64,000 nt of DNA, taken from positions 26,096-90,095 of the forward strand of contig CAKOOV010000004.1 of the NCBI GenBank assembly GCA_934098435.1. The letters are read 5' to 3'. The notes under the pieces are model-generated. The model was not told where the DNA came from, did no database searches, and saw only the letters and a program-made list of their open reading frames with translations. Each line of letters starts with the position of its first letter. The stretch's first letter is position 1. Below are positions 1 through 12,842 of this stretch, piece by piece. The translations under genes and the position numbers were made by a program. The DNA is from an uncultured Bacilli bacterium. GTDB taxonomy: Bacteria > Bacillota_I > Bacilli_A > RF39 > UBA660.

Positions 1-838
1 CATTTATATTAACTAGATTGTCTTCATTAATACCTGGTAGATTTAAGTTAGAAATATTTTCTATATTACTTTTAGTTTCTTGTATTTTAGTACTTGTTTC
101 TTTTTTTGAAGTATTATCTTCTTTATCAATATTATTTTTTAATGTAATAAAATTTTTGTTATCAATAAATATTTTTGTTTTATCTACTTTTTTAGGATCA
201 TAAGAATTAGTTATCCAAAATTCATATAATATTTTAAGAATTGGTACTACCATGGCTTCATCTTCTATTTTTGATATTTTATCTTCTTCTATTTTGATAT
301 TGTTTTCTAGTATAAAGATATCATCTAGAATTGAATGTTGTTTATCTATTAATGCATCTTGACTTATTAGTGTATTATATGTTTTTGGATATGTATTTTG
401 GTTAATTAGTTTTAATAATTTAGTTCTTTTAGTAACTAAATTATTATAATCACTTTCTTTTTCAAATAGTAAATATAAAATATCTCTTATACTATGATCT
501 TCTTTCTTGATATCTTCATATAAGATATTACGATACTTACCCATGGTATCACTATTGAAATTAGATAATAGTGTATCTTCAAGTAATATATTATCTACTT
601 CATATTCATCTTTTGTTTCATTTAATTCTTCTAATTTTCCTTTGAAACTATCTATTCTTTTTCTTATGTTAAGATATTTTCCTTTTAGAGTTAGATATCT
701 GCATACATTGTTATATCTTTCTTTATATTCAAGTAAGTCATCATTATTAATATTATTATCTTCAAAGTACTCGATAATTTTTTCTAATCTTACTTTTTCT
801 TCTTCGATAGTGGCGGTAATATAATCAAACTTATCCAT
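1..838 (-). CDS. Partial helical, charged protein (3' end beyond the window); last visible gene of the F1-like ATPase operon
   Basis: Absent from the ORF track because it runs off the left edge. My minus-strand translation from ATG 838-836 (MDKFDYITATIEEEKVRLEK...) stays open to position 1. The ATG overlaps the gamma-like stop (ATGGATAA). Confidence 0.7.
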   Translation of the reverse strand, partial: MDKFDYITATIEEEKVRLEKIIEYFEDNNINNDDLLEYKERYNNVCRYLTLKGKYLNIRKRIDSFKGKLEELNETKDEYEVDNILLEDTLLSNFNSDTMGKYRNILYEDIKKEDHSIRDILYLLFEKESDYNNLVTKRTKLLKLINQNTYPKTYNTLISQDALIDKQHSILDDIFILENNIKIEEDKISKIEDEAMVVPILKILYEFWITNSYDPKKVDKTKIFIDNKNFITLKNNIDKEDNTSKKETSTKIQETKSNIENISNLNLPGINEDNLVNIN

Positions 839-1616
839 CTTCTTCCTCCCTACCTGCTAATTTTTTGTAATTTTCTACTGTTTTTCTAACTAGTTTATCT
901 TTTTTTTCTTTTCTTTCTATATTAGCTCTTTCTATTTCTATTTCTTCTATTTTATCTAGGGCTTCACTAGTGATTTGATTTCTAATAACATTTTCTGCTG
1001 CTCTACTAATGCATTCGCACATCCTAAGCTGATATAATACATAAAATGATAATAAACTATGAAGCATACTAGTGATATCTGTTTCAATAACGAAGTCATG
1101 CTTAGTATCATATTCTCCATCAAATTCAACTGGAAATAAGGTTAGTTTTTTAAATACGAATGAAGTACTAGAATTATAATGATTATAGTATAGATTTATT
1201 TCACTATATGTTCCATTATCAATAGCATCATTTACGGCTTTTTCTATTTTGTTAAATTCTTTATAAAATTTATCTTTTTCTATTTTTAGTATTGTTTTAT
1301 CATCATGGTATATTATTTTCTTTCCAATAATTATTTTGTAATCATTTTTATCTTGTTTTATTTGCCTAGCTACTTGGGAATTGAAATTACCACAGAAGCC
1401 ATAATCGTTGGCTATATATATGTTTAATTTGTCCATTTTTGAATCTGGAGTAATGACTTTTTTATCAAGAACTAAATTTTTATTATATACGATATTCTTT
1501 ATTATTTTTGTTATTTCTTCTCCAACGTTACGATAAGCTTCTGCTTCTCTTTTTGAAGCATCTACACGAAGTAAAGAGTGGAAATTCATGACTTTAACTA
1601 CGTTTTTTATTCTCAT
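831..1616 (-). CDS. F1 ATPase gamma-like subunit
   Basis: N-terminus IKNVVKVMNFHSLLRV and C-terminal helix ISRAAENVIRNQITSEALDKIEEIE resemble the gamma termini. Start moved to ATG 1616 behind AAGGGTGG. It overlaps the upstream ORF. Confidence 0.75.
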   Translation of the reverse strand: MRIKNVVKVMNFHSLLRVDASKREAEAYRNVGEEITKIIKNIVYNKNLVLDKKVITPDSKMDKLNIYIANDYGFCGNFNSQVARQIKQDKNDYKIIIGKKIIYHDDKTILKIEKDKFYKEFNKIEKAVNDAIDNGTYSEINLYYNHYNSSTSFVFKKLTLFPVEFDGEYDTKHDFVIETDITSMLHSLLSFYVLYQLRMCECISRAAENVIRNQITSEALDKIEEIEIERANIERKEKKDKLVRKTVENYKKLAGREEEDG

Positions 1617-2121
1617 CATTACCACCCTTTCTTATATATTTATTAGCTATTACTACGGTTTTTAAATTGTTAAGAAGGTTATATGTTAAATATAGGAATA
1701 GGAATATCATAACAAATACAAGAAGTAATAACATCCACATATCCATATATTCATTTACGATATATTCATGTATTAGATATATTATTTTTATTCCTCCTAA
1801 AGCTATTAAAGATAGAAGTGTATGAATGATAATTTTTTTATCTTTAATTAATAAGAAACTTAGTAAGTTTAAAAATAGTACTATTATAATTATATATATA
1901 TCAACATCAATAAAGGATACCATTAAATAGACCATGAAAATGTAATTAATTATTGATGATGATACACTAATTATTTCTTTATTACTCATACCACCAAGTA
2001 TGCCATATAATTTAACTCTAGTTTTTTCTGGATCAAACTTTTTTATTAGTATTTTTAGAATAGCATATAAAGAAATGATAACAATTAAACCTACAAAAGC
2101 AAAATAAAATACATTTTCCAT
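1594..2121 (-). CDS. Integral membrane protein (about 5 TM segments), unknown family, embedded in the ATPase operon
   Basis: Hydrophobic segments throughout and a basic C-terminal tail. It starts 2 nt after the epsilon-like stop and overlaps the gamma-like start. No Arg lies within the hydrophobic segments. Confidence 0.65.
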   Translation of the reverse strand: MENVFYFAFVGLIVIISLYAILKILIKKFDPEKTRVKLYGILGGMSNKEIISVSSSIINYIFMVYLMVSFIDVDIYIIIIVLFLNLLSFLLIKDKKIIIHTLLSLIALGGIKIIYLIHEYIVNEYMDMWMLLLLVFVMIFLFLYLTYNLLNNLKTVVIANKYIRKGGNDENKKRS

Positions 2122-2123
2122 AA

Positions 2124-5033
<2,910 letters not shown>

Positions 5034-5034
5034 A

Positions 5035-5793
5035 TTACGCATTCCCTTCATTCAAACTAAAATCATATATTTTATTACGATATAATATTTTAATACCTTT
5101 ATAAATACTATCTGATACTTTAGTTTTTATTCTTTTATCTATATAATCATAATTAATATTCTTATTAGGTACTAATACGGTGATTGTTGGATCATTTAGT
5201 TCTATTAATCTATTTAGGTAATCAATAAAATCTTCCATATTGAAATTATTACTAGATAAGAATATTTCATATACTTTATGTTCTTCTTTAGTAAGAAACT
5301 TATTTAAATATTCTTCTCTTTCATCAGGTAACATTATTTCTATTTTATATATTTCTTCTGGTGTAAATTTATTTCTTAGATTAATACAAAAATCATACTT
5401 ATTATCACTCTTAATATTAGCTAAAAAGTCTTTAATTAAATCTTCATAATTAATAATAAATTTTTCTTCTATTTTCTTATTAATAGCAAAAATATTTTTA
5501 TCAAGATAATTAGTTTCGGTAAGCAAATCAATAATACTATTATCAAAATCATATGTAGGCTTACCTTCTCTAGTTTTATTTTCCTCTAACCCATTTTTCC
5601 TTTTTTCTAATTCTTCTTCTAATTCGGATAATTTTTTTTCTTTTTCATCTATTAGATAATCATATTGTTTTAATTTATCTACAAAATATGATTTTGATTT
5701 ATCATCTATTGTTTTAACTGTATTTTTAAGTATTAAACTCATAGCTAAAACAAGTAGGATAATAACGACAAAAGAGATAATAAATGTTTCCAT
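5035..5793 (-). CDS. Peripheral-stalk-like protein (N-terminal TM helix, coiled coil, C-terminal globular domain); possible b/delta substitute
   Basis: The architecture occupies the b and delta position between the c-like and alpha-like genes: METFIISFVVIILLVLAMSLIL, then a charged KKLSELEEELEKRK helix, then about 150 aa. No sequence motif recognised. Confidence 0.5.
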   Translation of the reverse strand: METFIISFVVIILLVLAMSLILKNTVKTIDDKSKSYFVDKLKQYDYLIDEKEKKLSELEEELEKRKNGLEENKTREGKPTYDFDNSIIDLLTETNYLDKNIFAINKKIEEKFIINYEDLIKDFLANIKSDNKYDFCINLRNKFTPEEIYKIEIMLPDEREEYLNKFLTKEEHKVYEIFLSSNNFNMEDFIDYLNRLIELNDPTITVLVPNKNINYDYIDKRIKTKVSDSIYKGIKILYRNKIYDFSLNEGNA

Positions 5794-5794
5794 A

Positions 5795-6794
<1,000 letters not shown>

Positions 6795-6820
6795 AAAGTT
6801 CCCACTTTCCTACTATATCA

Positions 6821-6849
6821 AGTATATCATTTTACGTTTTATAAGTCAA
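6821..6849 (-). promoter_or_regulatory. Sigma-A type promoter of the 6794..1 operon
   Basis: The minus strand reads TTGACT, a 17-nt spacer, then TGaTATACT. It lies directly after the terminator of the upstream gene. Confidence 0.7.
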
Positions 6850-6870
6850 TTATTATTTAAATAAAGGCAA

Positions 6871-6896
6871 GAAAAAAAGTACATAATTATGTACTT
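6871..6896 (-). terminator. Intrinsic terminator of 6915..7997
   Basis: Perfect palindrome AAGTACATAATTATGTACTT followed by a T-run on the minus strand. Confidence 0.8.
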
Positions 6897-6914
6897 AACT
6901 ATATTAAATAATAT

Positions 6915-7997
6915 TTATTTGATTATTTCTGGTTTTAATTTTATATATCTATTATTTTCTAAATAACGTAATCTAAAGTTAGAATCTTTATCTATATTAT
7001 CAATATTGTATATAAGTATATATTCTTCATAATCTTTGGTATTTAATATATTATTATAGTAACCATTACCTAGGTCTGTAAAGTAATAGTAGTATTTTAA
7101 ACTAGGAATATATTCGTTATTTTTTCCTTCAAGTATAAAGTTATCAAGATTTAATTTATAATTATTATTTTTTCCTTTTAATGATATATCAATAATTAAA
7201 TAACTATTATTTTTACTAGTTTGTTTTCTTTCACTTATATAACTATCATTTACTTTTATATTGAAGTTTTTAGTACTTAGTGTATTACCTTCGGTTAATG
7301 TTTTATTGATAACATATTTGTTGAAAGGGAATATGATAATAAGAATAAGAAGAATAATTCCAAATATTATATTAAGCATAAATTTATTTTCAATATAATA
7401 GTATTTTAATTCCCTACTTAGTTTATGGCCTCCTCTTTTAATACCATCACTTGATAAATCAATATTTACTTCTACTTCTTCATTATCTTTTGTATCTAGT
7501 TTTAAGTCTTTTAGGTCTTTAGAAAAATTAAATTTCTTTATATCAAAGCCTAATCCTCTTATAAGTAGAGGAATGCATAAAATGAATAATCCCCAATAAT
7601 TAAATCTACTAATATCACGTAATAATCTAATATTTCTACCTGACATAGTACTTGTTTCTAGTATTTTAATATTACTATATAAATATACAAATAATATACC
7701 TGATATTATTGATACTAGAATAATAAGAATATATAATAGTCTTGGCTTTTTCTTAAAACGCATAAGGAAATATACTACTATTGATAATATTATAATAAGA
7801 ATAATACTTATAATTATAAAGGAATTAATATAATTAGCCGCTATTACCTCTATATTACCATTATTAGCTATATATTCGCTAAAAAATTTAAGAATATTAT
7901 TAGCCATTACTGTTATATATACCATAAGACTAAATAATATTAAATGAATAAATCTAAAATGCTTAATTAAAAAAGCATAAGGTCTTCTTAGTATCAT
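6915..7997 (-). CDS. Multi-pass membrane protein with a C-terminal extracytoplasmic domain
   Basis: Several hydrophobic segments. Start moved to ATG 7997 (MILRRPYAF) with RBS GAGGAG, because the promoter -10 lies at 8022-8027, inside the track's longer ORF. Confidence 0.7.
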   Translation of the reverse strand: MILRRPYAFLIKHFRFIHLILFSLMVYITVMANNILKFFSEYIANNGNIEVIAANYINSFIIISIILIIILSIVVYFLMRFKKKPRLLYILIILVSIISGILFVYLYSNIKILETSTMSGRNIRLLRDISRFNYWGLFILCIPLLIRGLGFDIKKFNFSKDLKDLKLDTKDNEEVEVNIDLSSDGIKRGGHKLSRELKYYYIENKFMLNIIFGIILLILIIIFPFNKYVINKTLTEGNTLSTKNFNIKVNDSYISERKQTSKNNSYLIIDISLKGKNNNYKLNLDNFILEGKNNEYIPSLKYYYYFTDLGNGYYNNILNTKDYEEYILIYNIDNIDKDSNFRLRYLENNRYIKLKPEIIK

Positions 7998-8021
7998 ATT
8001 TATCTCCTCTATTATAATTAA

Positions 8022-8050
8022 ATTATACAATAAACAAATATATTTATCAA
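8022..8050 (-). promoter_or_regulatory. Sigma-A type promoter of 6915..7997
   Basis: The minus strand reads TTGATA, a 17-nt spacer, then TATAAT. Confidence 0.65.
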
Positions 8051-8062
8051 GTATAAATATTT

Positions 8063-8121
8063 AAATTAAAGACAAATAATTTTGGCTTTAATTTACCTCT
8101 TAAGACTATAGGCTTAAGAGG
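8063..8121 (+). repeat. Tandem hairpin pair, locus 1 (conserved-apex hairpin family)
   Basis: aaattaaag-ACaaataattttGG-ctttaattt (8063-8094) and cctcttaag-ACTATAGG-cttaagagg (8096-8121). Located between a terminator and the next promoter. Confidence 0.8.
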
Positions 8122-8149
8122 ATAAAAAGAAAAAAGACACTTAGTCTTT
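8122..8149 (-). terminator. Intrinsic terminator of the LysM gene
   Basis: Minus strand AAAGAC-TAAGT-GTCTTT followed by TTTCTTTTT. It overlaps the stop codon. Confidence 0.7.
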
Positions 8150-8578
8150 ATAAACTATTAGTTGTCCCTCAGATAAGTATATATTATTATTTTCTCTTAA
8201 TAATTTATCTATATTAGCATTTAATAATTTAGCTACTGATACTATAGTATCATCTTTCTTAGTAAAATAATATTTTACATCTTTTTTAGGTACTAAAATA
8301 GTATTATTAGGATAAATATAATCATTTATATTAAGACCATTTAATAATGCTAATAGATTATAATCAGTATTATATCTTCTAGCTATATTATATAGGTTAT
8401 CCCCTTTTTCAATTGTATAAACTTCAAAATATTCTTTAGTAGTAGGAACTATTATATTACTTCCTACACCAAAACTACTATTAGGATTTAATCTTCTTAA
8501 TTCTTCTATTGTTGTACCATATCTATTTGCTAAAGACTCAATAGTATCGTTTAATTTTATTTGATAAATATCATACAT
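8141..8578 (-). CDS. Protein with three LysM repeats
   Basis: Three LysM-like units: YQIKLNDTIESLANRYGTTIEELRRLNP, YTIEKGDNLYNIARRYNTDYNLLALLNGL, YFTKKDDTIVSVAKLLNANIDKLLRENN. Confidence 0.85.
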   Translation of the reverse strand: MYDIYQIKLNDTIESLANRYGTTIEELRRLNPNSSFGVGSNIIVPTTKEYFEVYTIEKGDNLYNIARRYNTDYNLLALLNGLNINDYIYPNNTILVPKKDVKYYFTKKDDTIVSVAKLLNANIDKLLRENNNIYLSEGQLIVYKD

Positions 8579-8607
8579 ATTATTACCTCCATGATAATAT
8601 ATGTTAT

Positions 8608-9564
8608 TTATACCTGTTTGTGAACTAATTCTCCTTTAGGACATCTATTTCCCCAAGCATCTATTACTTGTTTATCTTTGATAACTTTTATTATTTCACA
8701 GTTATTAGAACATCCACGACATTCAATACCTTTAGTTTCATATACAATATCTTCTATATCAAAAGAAAATTCTGACTCTTTACCTTTCTTAGATAATATC
8801 GCTACTCCTAAGGCTCCCATTAAATGAGAATTTTCATCTACTATTATTTTACTTTTAGTTATATCTTCAAATGCTTTTATAACCCCAATATTTTTAGATA
8901 CTCCTCCTTGAAATACTATTGGTGGTTTTATTTTTTTACCTTTACCAACATTATTTAAATAATTATTCACAATAGCATAGCATAGTCCCGCGATAATATC
9001 TTCTTTTTTATGACCAATTTGGGATTTATGTACTAAATCTGACTCTGCAAAAACAGTACAACGTGCCGCTATTTTAGTAGGATTTTTACTAGTTAAAGCA
9101 ATTTTCCCAAACTCTTCTATAGGTATACCTAGCCTTTTTGCCTGACTAGAAAGAAATGAACCTGTACCTGCCGCACAAAGTGTATTCATAGCATAGTCAC
9201 TAACAATACCATTATCTAATAGTATTATCTTAGAATCTTGTCCTCCTATTTCAAAAATAGTATGTACATCTTTATAAATACTAGTTGTCCCAATTGCATG
9301 AGCGGTTATTTCATTTTTTATGGTATTAGCCCCTAATAAAGTCCCTATTAATTTTCTAGCAGACCCTGTTGTTCCTACTCCTACTACTTTGTATATACTT
9401 GTATCTGTTTTATTTTTTAATTCTTTAACTACTTTTTTACTAGCTATTATTGGATTTCCCTCTGTATATAAATAACTACTAGCAATAATATTATTATCTT
9501 CATCTATTACTACTCCTTTAGTAGAAATACTACCTATATCTATTCCTAAATATGCTTTTTTCAT
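8608..9564 (-). CDS. BadF/BadG/BcrA/BcrD-type ATPase (2-hydroxyacyl-CoA dehydratase activase-like) with a Cys-rich C-terminus
   Basis: GIDIGSISTKGVV, CAAGTGSFL, RCTVFAESD, plus a CRGCSNNCE...RCPKG tail. Confidence 0.8.
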   Translation of the reverse strand: MKKAYLGIDIGSISTKGVVIDEDNNIIASSYLYTEGNPIIASKKVVKELKNKTDTSIYKVVGVGTTGSARKLIGTLLGANTIKNEITAHAIGTTSIYKDVHTIFEIGGQDSKIILLDNGIVSDYAMNTLCAAGTGSFLSSQAKRLGIPIEEFGKIALTSKNPTKIAARCTVFAESDLVHKSQIGHKKEDIIAGLCYAIVNNYLNNVGKGKKIKPPIVFQGGVSKNIGVIKAFEDITKSKIIVDENSHLMGALGVAILSKKGKESEFSFDIEDIVYETKGIECRGCSNNCEIIKVIKDKQVIDAWGNRCPKGELVHKQV

Positions 9565-9597
9565 TTTTCACCTCATCTTAATTATATGAGATAAAAT

Positions 9598-9632
9598 TTA
9601 AAAAAGATGTCGAACTTAGACATCTTTTTTCT
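9598..9632 (-). terminator. Intrinsic terminator after the dCMP deaminase gene
   Basis: AAAAAGATGTC-gaactta-GACATCTTTTT with flanking A/T runs. Confidence 0.8.
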
Positions 9633-10101
9633 TTTTTAAACATTTATATTTAACACCGCAGGCATCAAATAATCTTTTTGATGCTATAACACCATTGGTA
9701 TTAGCATACTTATCTTCTAAATAATAAACTTCTTTAATACCACTTTGAATTATTTCTTTAGCACATTCATTACATGGAAATAAATCAACATATATTTTAG
9801 CCCCTTCTAAATCTTTATTACTTCCACGATAATTTAAAATAGCATTTCTCTCAGCATGAACTACATATAAATATTTTGTTTCTAACTCATCGCCTTCACG
9901 ATCCCAAGGAAAATATTTATCGTCATAGCCATTAGGGGTTCCATTATAGCCTACTGATAATATTCTGTTATCATTACTAACAATACATGCTCCTACTTGA
10001 GTATTGGGATCTTTACTTCTTTTAGCCGCTAATTGAGCTACTCCGATAAAAAATTCATCCCAAGTTAAATAATCTTTTCTTTGTTTATTTCTTTCTTCCA
10101 T
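9616..10101 (-). CDS. dCMP deaminase (ComEB-type cytidine/deoxycytidylate deaminase)
   Basis: Zinc motifs HAERNAI and PCNECAK. Confidence 0.9.
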   Translation of the reverse strand: MEERNKQRKDYLTWDEFFIGVAQLAAKRSKDPNTQVGACIVSNDNRILSVGYNGTPNGYDDKYFPWDREGDELETKYLYVVHAERNAILNYRGSNKDLEGAKIYVDLFPCNECAKEIIQSGIKEVYYLEDKYANTNGVIASKRLFDACGVKYKCLKKKKDV

Positions 10102-10115
10102 TTTTATACCTCCAA

Positions 10116-11114
10116 TTACTTATCAACTTTTTCAAGAAGTGATTTCATTTCTTTTAATTTCATCTCCAATATTTTCTTGTCTATTAATTTTAATCTATAC
10201 TCAGAAATCATAGTTTGTGACATATTTTTACTGAGTGAATATTCAACTACTTCTTTGTCTTTTGAACTACACAAAATAATGCCAACACTAGGATTTTCAT
10301 AATCTTTTTTTACATTTCTGTCTAACGCTTCTAAATATAAATTCATTTTTCCTAAATACTCTGCCTTAAATTCTCCTAGTTTTAATTCAAATGCTACTAA
10401 ACATGATAATTCACGATTATAAAATAATAAATCAATAAAGAAATCATGATTGCCGATTTGCACTTTATATTCATCCCCGATATAAGTAAAATCATTTCCT
10501 ATTTCTAGAATAAAATCTTTTAAATTTCTAATTATAGATTTTTTTAAATCCATTTCATTATATTCATTCGGTAAGTCTAAAAACTCTAAACTATATGTAT
10601 CTAACAATCTAGTATTTGGATAATCGTCTTCATCAACTGTTTTCTTAATCGTTGGTAATTGCTTACCTTCAGACAATATAAATCTTTCATAATAGGATGA
10701 TGTTATTTGACGATCCAATTCTCTTTTTGAATAATTATTTTTAATAGCTAGTTTTAAATAAAAATATCTTTCTTCTTTAGTCTTTGCACCACTTAAAATA
10801 AGCAAATTATTAGTCCATGATAATTGCGTCACCAGTGGTGTCGCAATCTCGTCTTCTTTATATGTACTATAAAATTGTATCATCCGCTCGAGATTTCGTT
10901 TTGTAAAGCCTCTCAGTTGTGGATAGTTACTTTTCATAAATCCAGCGGCTTTTGCAACAATTTTATCACCATAACCACTATTTGATTTCAAATCGTACAA
11001 AAACTTTCCAATGTCTAAATATAATAAAACCATTTCTTCATTAACTTTTTTATATGCTCTACTTCTTCTATTTTCAATCATATTGACTATTTGATTAAAG
11101 TCAATATCTAACAC
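10116..11114 (-). CDS. YhcG-like PDDEXK nuclease (DUF1016 family)
   Basis: Family-typical N-terminal region (RSRAYKKVNEEMVLLYLDIGK) and C-terminal core (IDLLFYNRELSCLVAFELKLGEF). GTG 11114 sits behind GGAGGTGA. Confidence 0.75.
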   Translation of the reverse strand: MLDIDFNQIVNMIENRRSRAYKKVNEEMVLLYLDIGKFLYDLKSNSGYGDKIVAKAAGFMKSNYPQLRGFTKRNLERMIQFYSTYKEDEIATPLVTQLSWTNNLLILSGAKTKEERYFYLKLAIKNNYSKRELDRQITSSYYERFILSEGKQLPTIKKTVDEDDYPNTRLLDTYSLEFLDLPNEYNEMDLKKSIIRNLKDFILEIGNDFTYIGDEYKVQIGNHDFFIDLLFYNRELSCLVAFELKLGEFKAEYLGKMNLYLEALDRNVKKDYENPSVGIILCSSKDKEVVEYSLSKNMSQTMISEYRLKLIDKKILEMKLKEMKSLLEKVDK

Positions 11115-11264
11115 ATATATCACCTCCACAATGTAATTCTTTGTAAATTAATTATATCATTTTATAAATGATTTTACTAGTACTTACATTTATTTTACAT
11201 CTTTTAAATCTTTATTATAGATTAATTTATAATTTATTGGTATAATATAAGAGGATGTGATAGA

Positions 11265-11960
11265 ATGAATAATAAAATATTAAACAAAATATTAATGATA
11301 TTTAAAAGTATTTGGATAATATTTCTATTAATATTGTTTTCAACTATTTTCTTCTCTATATTTAATATTAATCCTAATAATATTAGTGATAAGATGTATG
11401 TAGTTTATCTTACAACATCAGAATTAGTATTAACACTTATATTTTTTATTATATATGGGAAGACTTTAGTAAATGACTTTAATGAATTTAAAAAAGATAT
11501 TAATGGTAATTTGGAATTTGCTTTTAGATATTGGGTTGTTGGGTTTATGGTTATGGTTGTAAGTAATTTGTTTATTACTTTAGTACTTGGTAAAACTATT
11601 GCTGGTAATGAGGAGGCTGTTAGAAATTATATTAAAACCGCTCCTATATTAATGGCTATTAGTACTGTTATATTTGCCCCTATTAACGAGGAGTTGACTT
11701 TTAGGAAGAGTATTCGCGATGCTATTAGTAATAAATGGGCTTATGTTTTATTAAGCGGACTTATTTTTGGAGGTTTACATGTAATTGGTTATATTGAGTC
11801 TCCTATTGATTTATTGTACTTAATACCATATTGTTCTTTAGGAATAGCATTTGCCTTGTTGTACTATAGAACTAATAATATATTTTCTTCAATATCTATG
11901 CATATGATGCATAACTTGCTTTCAATCATTGTATATCTTTTAGGAGTAGCTCTTATATGA
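11265..11960 (+). CDS. CPBP (CAAX/Abi) family intramembrane metalloprotease
   Basis: EELTFRKS (EExxxR) and HMMHN motifs; multi-pass membrane protein. Confidence 0.85.
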   Translation: MNNKILNKILMIFKSIWIIFLLILFSTIFFSIFNINPNNISDKMYVVYLTTSELVLTLIFFIIYGKTLVNDFNEFKKDINGNLEFAFRYWVVGFMVMVVSNLFITLVLGKTIAGNEEAVRNYIKTAPILMAISTVIFAPINEELTFRKSIRDAISNKWAYVLLSGLIFGGLHVIGYIESPIDLLYLIPYCSLGIAFALLYYRTNNIFSSISMHMMHNLLSIIVYLLGVALI

Positions 11961-12802
11961 AGAAATTTATAAGATTTCTTTTTATACTATTGCTAGTGAT
12001 ATTACTTATTCTTATCTATGGTAGATATGAAGGTACTAGCGGACTTATTACTAAAGAATATAAGATAGATACTAGTGATATTGATAACTCTTTTGATGGT
12101 CTTAAAATAGTTCAATTTAGTGATCTTCATTATTTAAGAGTAGTGAATAAAGACATGGTCAAAAAAATTGTCAATGAAATTAATTTGATTAATCCTGATA
12201 TTGTTATTTTTACTGGTGATTTAATTGATAAGGATTTTAATCCTACAGATAGTGAAAAAAATGATTTAATTACTCTTCTTAGTAGTATTAATAGTAAGTA
12301 TGGTAAATATGCTATTATTGGTAATCATGATTATGTAAAAAAGGAAGGTATTATTGAAGATATATATAAACAAAGTGATTTTATATTACTACAAAATAGT
12401 TATGATATTATATATGGTAATGATAAAGATAAATTATTTATAGGTGGACTTGATACTTATAGTTATGATAAAGCTGATATTGATAAAGTTATGAATTACT
12501 TTAATGATAATGATGATATTAATTATAAGATAATTTTAGTGCATGAGCCTGATTATATTGATACTATTACTAGTAAATATAATGTTAATTTAGTATTAGC
12601 AGGTCATTCACATAATGGTCAGGTTAATATACCTTTTATCAAGAATTTCTTCTTACCTTATGGTAGTAAAAAATATTATGATAATTATTATATGGTTGAT
12701 GATACTCCTATGTACGTATCTAGCGGTATAGGAGAGTCTAGAGTTAATTTAAGATTGTTTAATAGACCCTCTATTAACTTTTATAGAATAAATAAAATAT
12801 AG
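11957..12802 (+). CDS. Membrane-anchored metallophosphoesterase (YkuE-like)
   Basis: SDLHY, GDLID, GNHD and GHSHNGQ motifs. ATGA overlap with the upstream gene. Confidence 0.88.
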   Translation: MKKFIRFLFILLLVILLILIYGRYEGTSGLITKEYKIDTSDIDNSFDGLKIVQFSDLHYLRVVNKDMVKKIVNEINLINPDIVIFTGDLIDKDFNPTDSEKNDLITLLSSINSKYGKYAIIGNHDYVKKEGIIEDIYKQSDFILLQNSYDIIYGNDKDKLFIGGLDTYSYDKADIDKVMNYFNDNDDINYKIILVHEPDYIDTITSKYNVNLVLAGHSHNGQVNIPFIKNFFLPYGSKKYYDNYYMVDDTPMYVSSGIGESRVNLRLFNRPSINFYRINKI

Positions 12803-12827
12803 AACTGCTATGGTTCTATATTTTTTT
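12798..12827. terminator. Bidirectional intrinsic terminator between convergent genes
   Basis: TATAGAAC-tgctatg-GTTCTATA followed by TTTTTTT, with an A-run on the other side. Confidence 0.8.
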
Positions 12828-12842
12828 AAAATAAATATATTT

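Noticed and set aside
18-824. Plus-strand ORFs 18..203 and 507..824 from the ORF track
   Set aside because: Both are low-complexity Leu/Ser/Phe-rich translations antisense to a continuous minus-strand reading frame (1..838). That frame is coupled to the gamma-like gene, so the minus frame is the real gene.
7998-8030. Longer N-terminal extensions given by the ORF track for many genes (6915, lon, pgk, rnj, ctp, 15349, 23694, 26645, 27143 and others)
   Set aside because: The upstream Met/alternative-start codons lack an RBS or lie upstream of the predicted promoter. Downstream ATG/TTG/GTG codons have GGAGG-like RBSs at 5-9 nt and match known protein N-termini.
10116-11114. YhcG/DUF1016 nuclease as a marker of a defence island or mobile element
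   Set aside because: It is a single gene flanked by housekeeping genes (dCMP deaminase, CPBP protease). I found no integrase, no repeats, no partner genes and no obvious compositional break.
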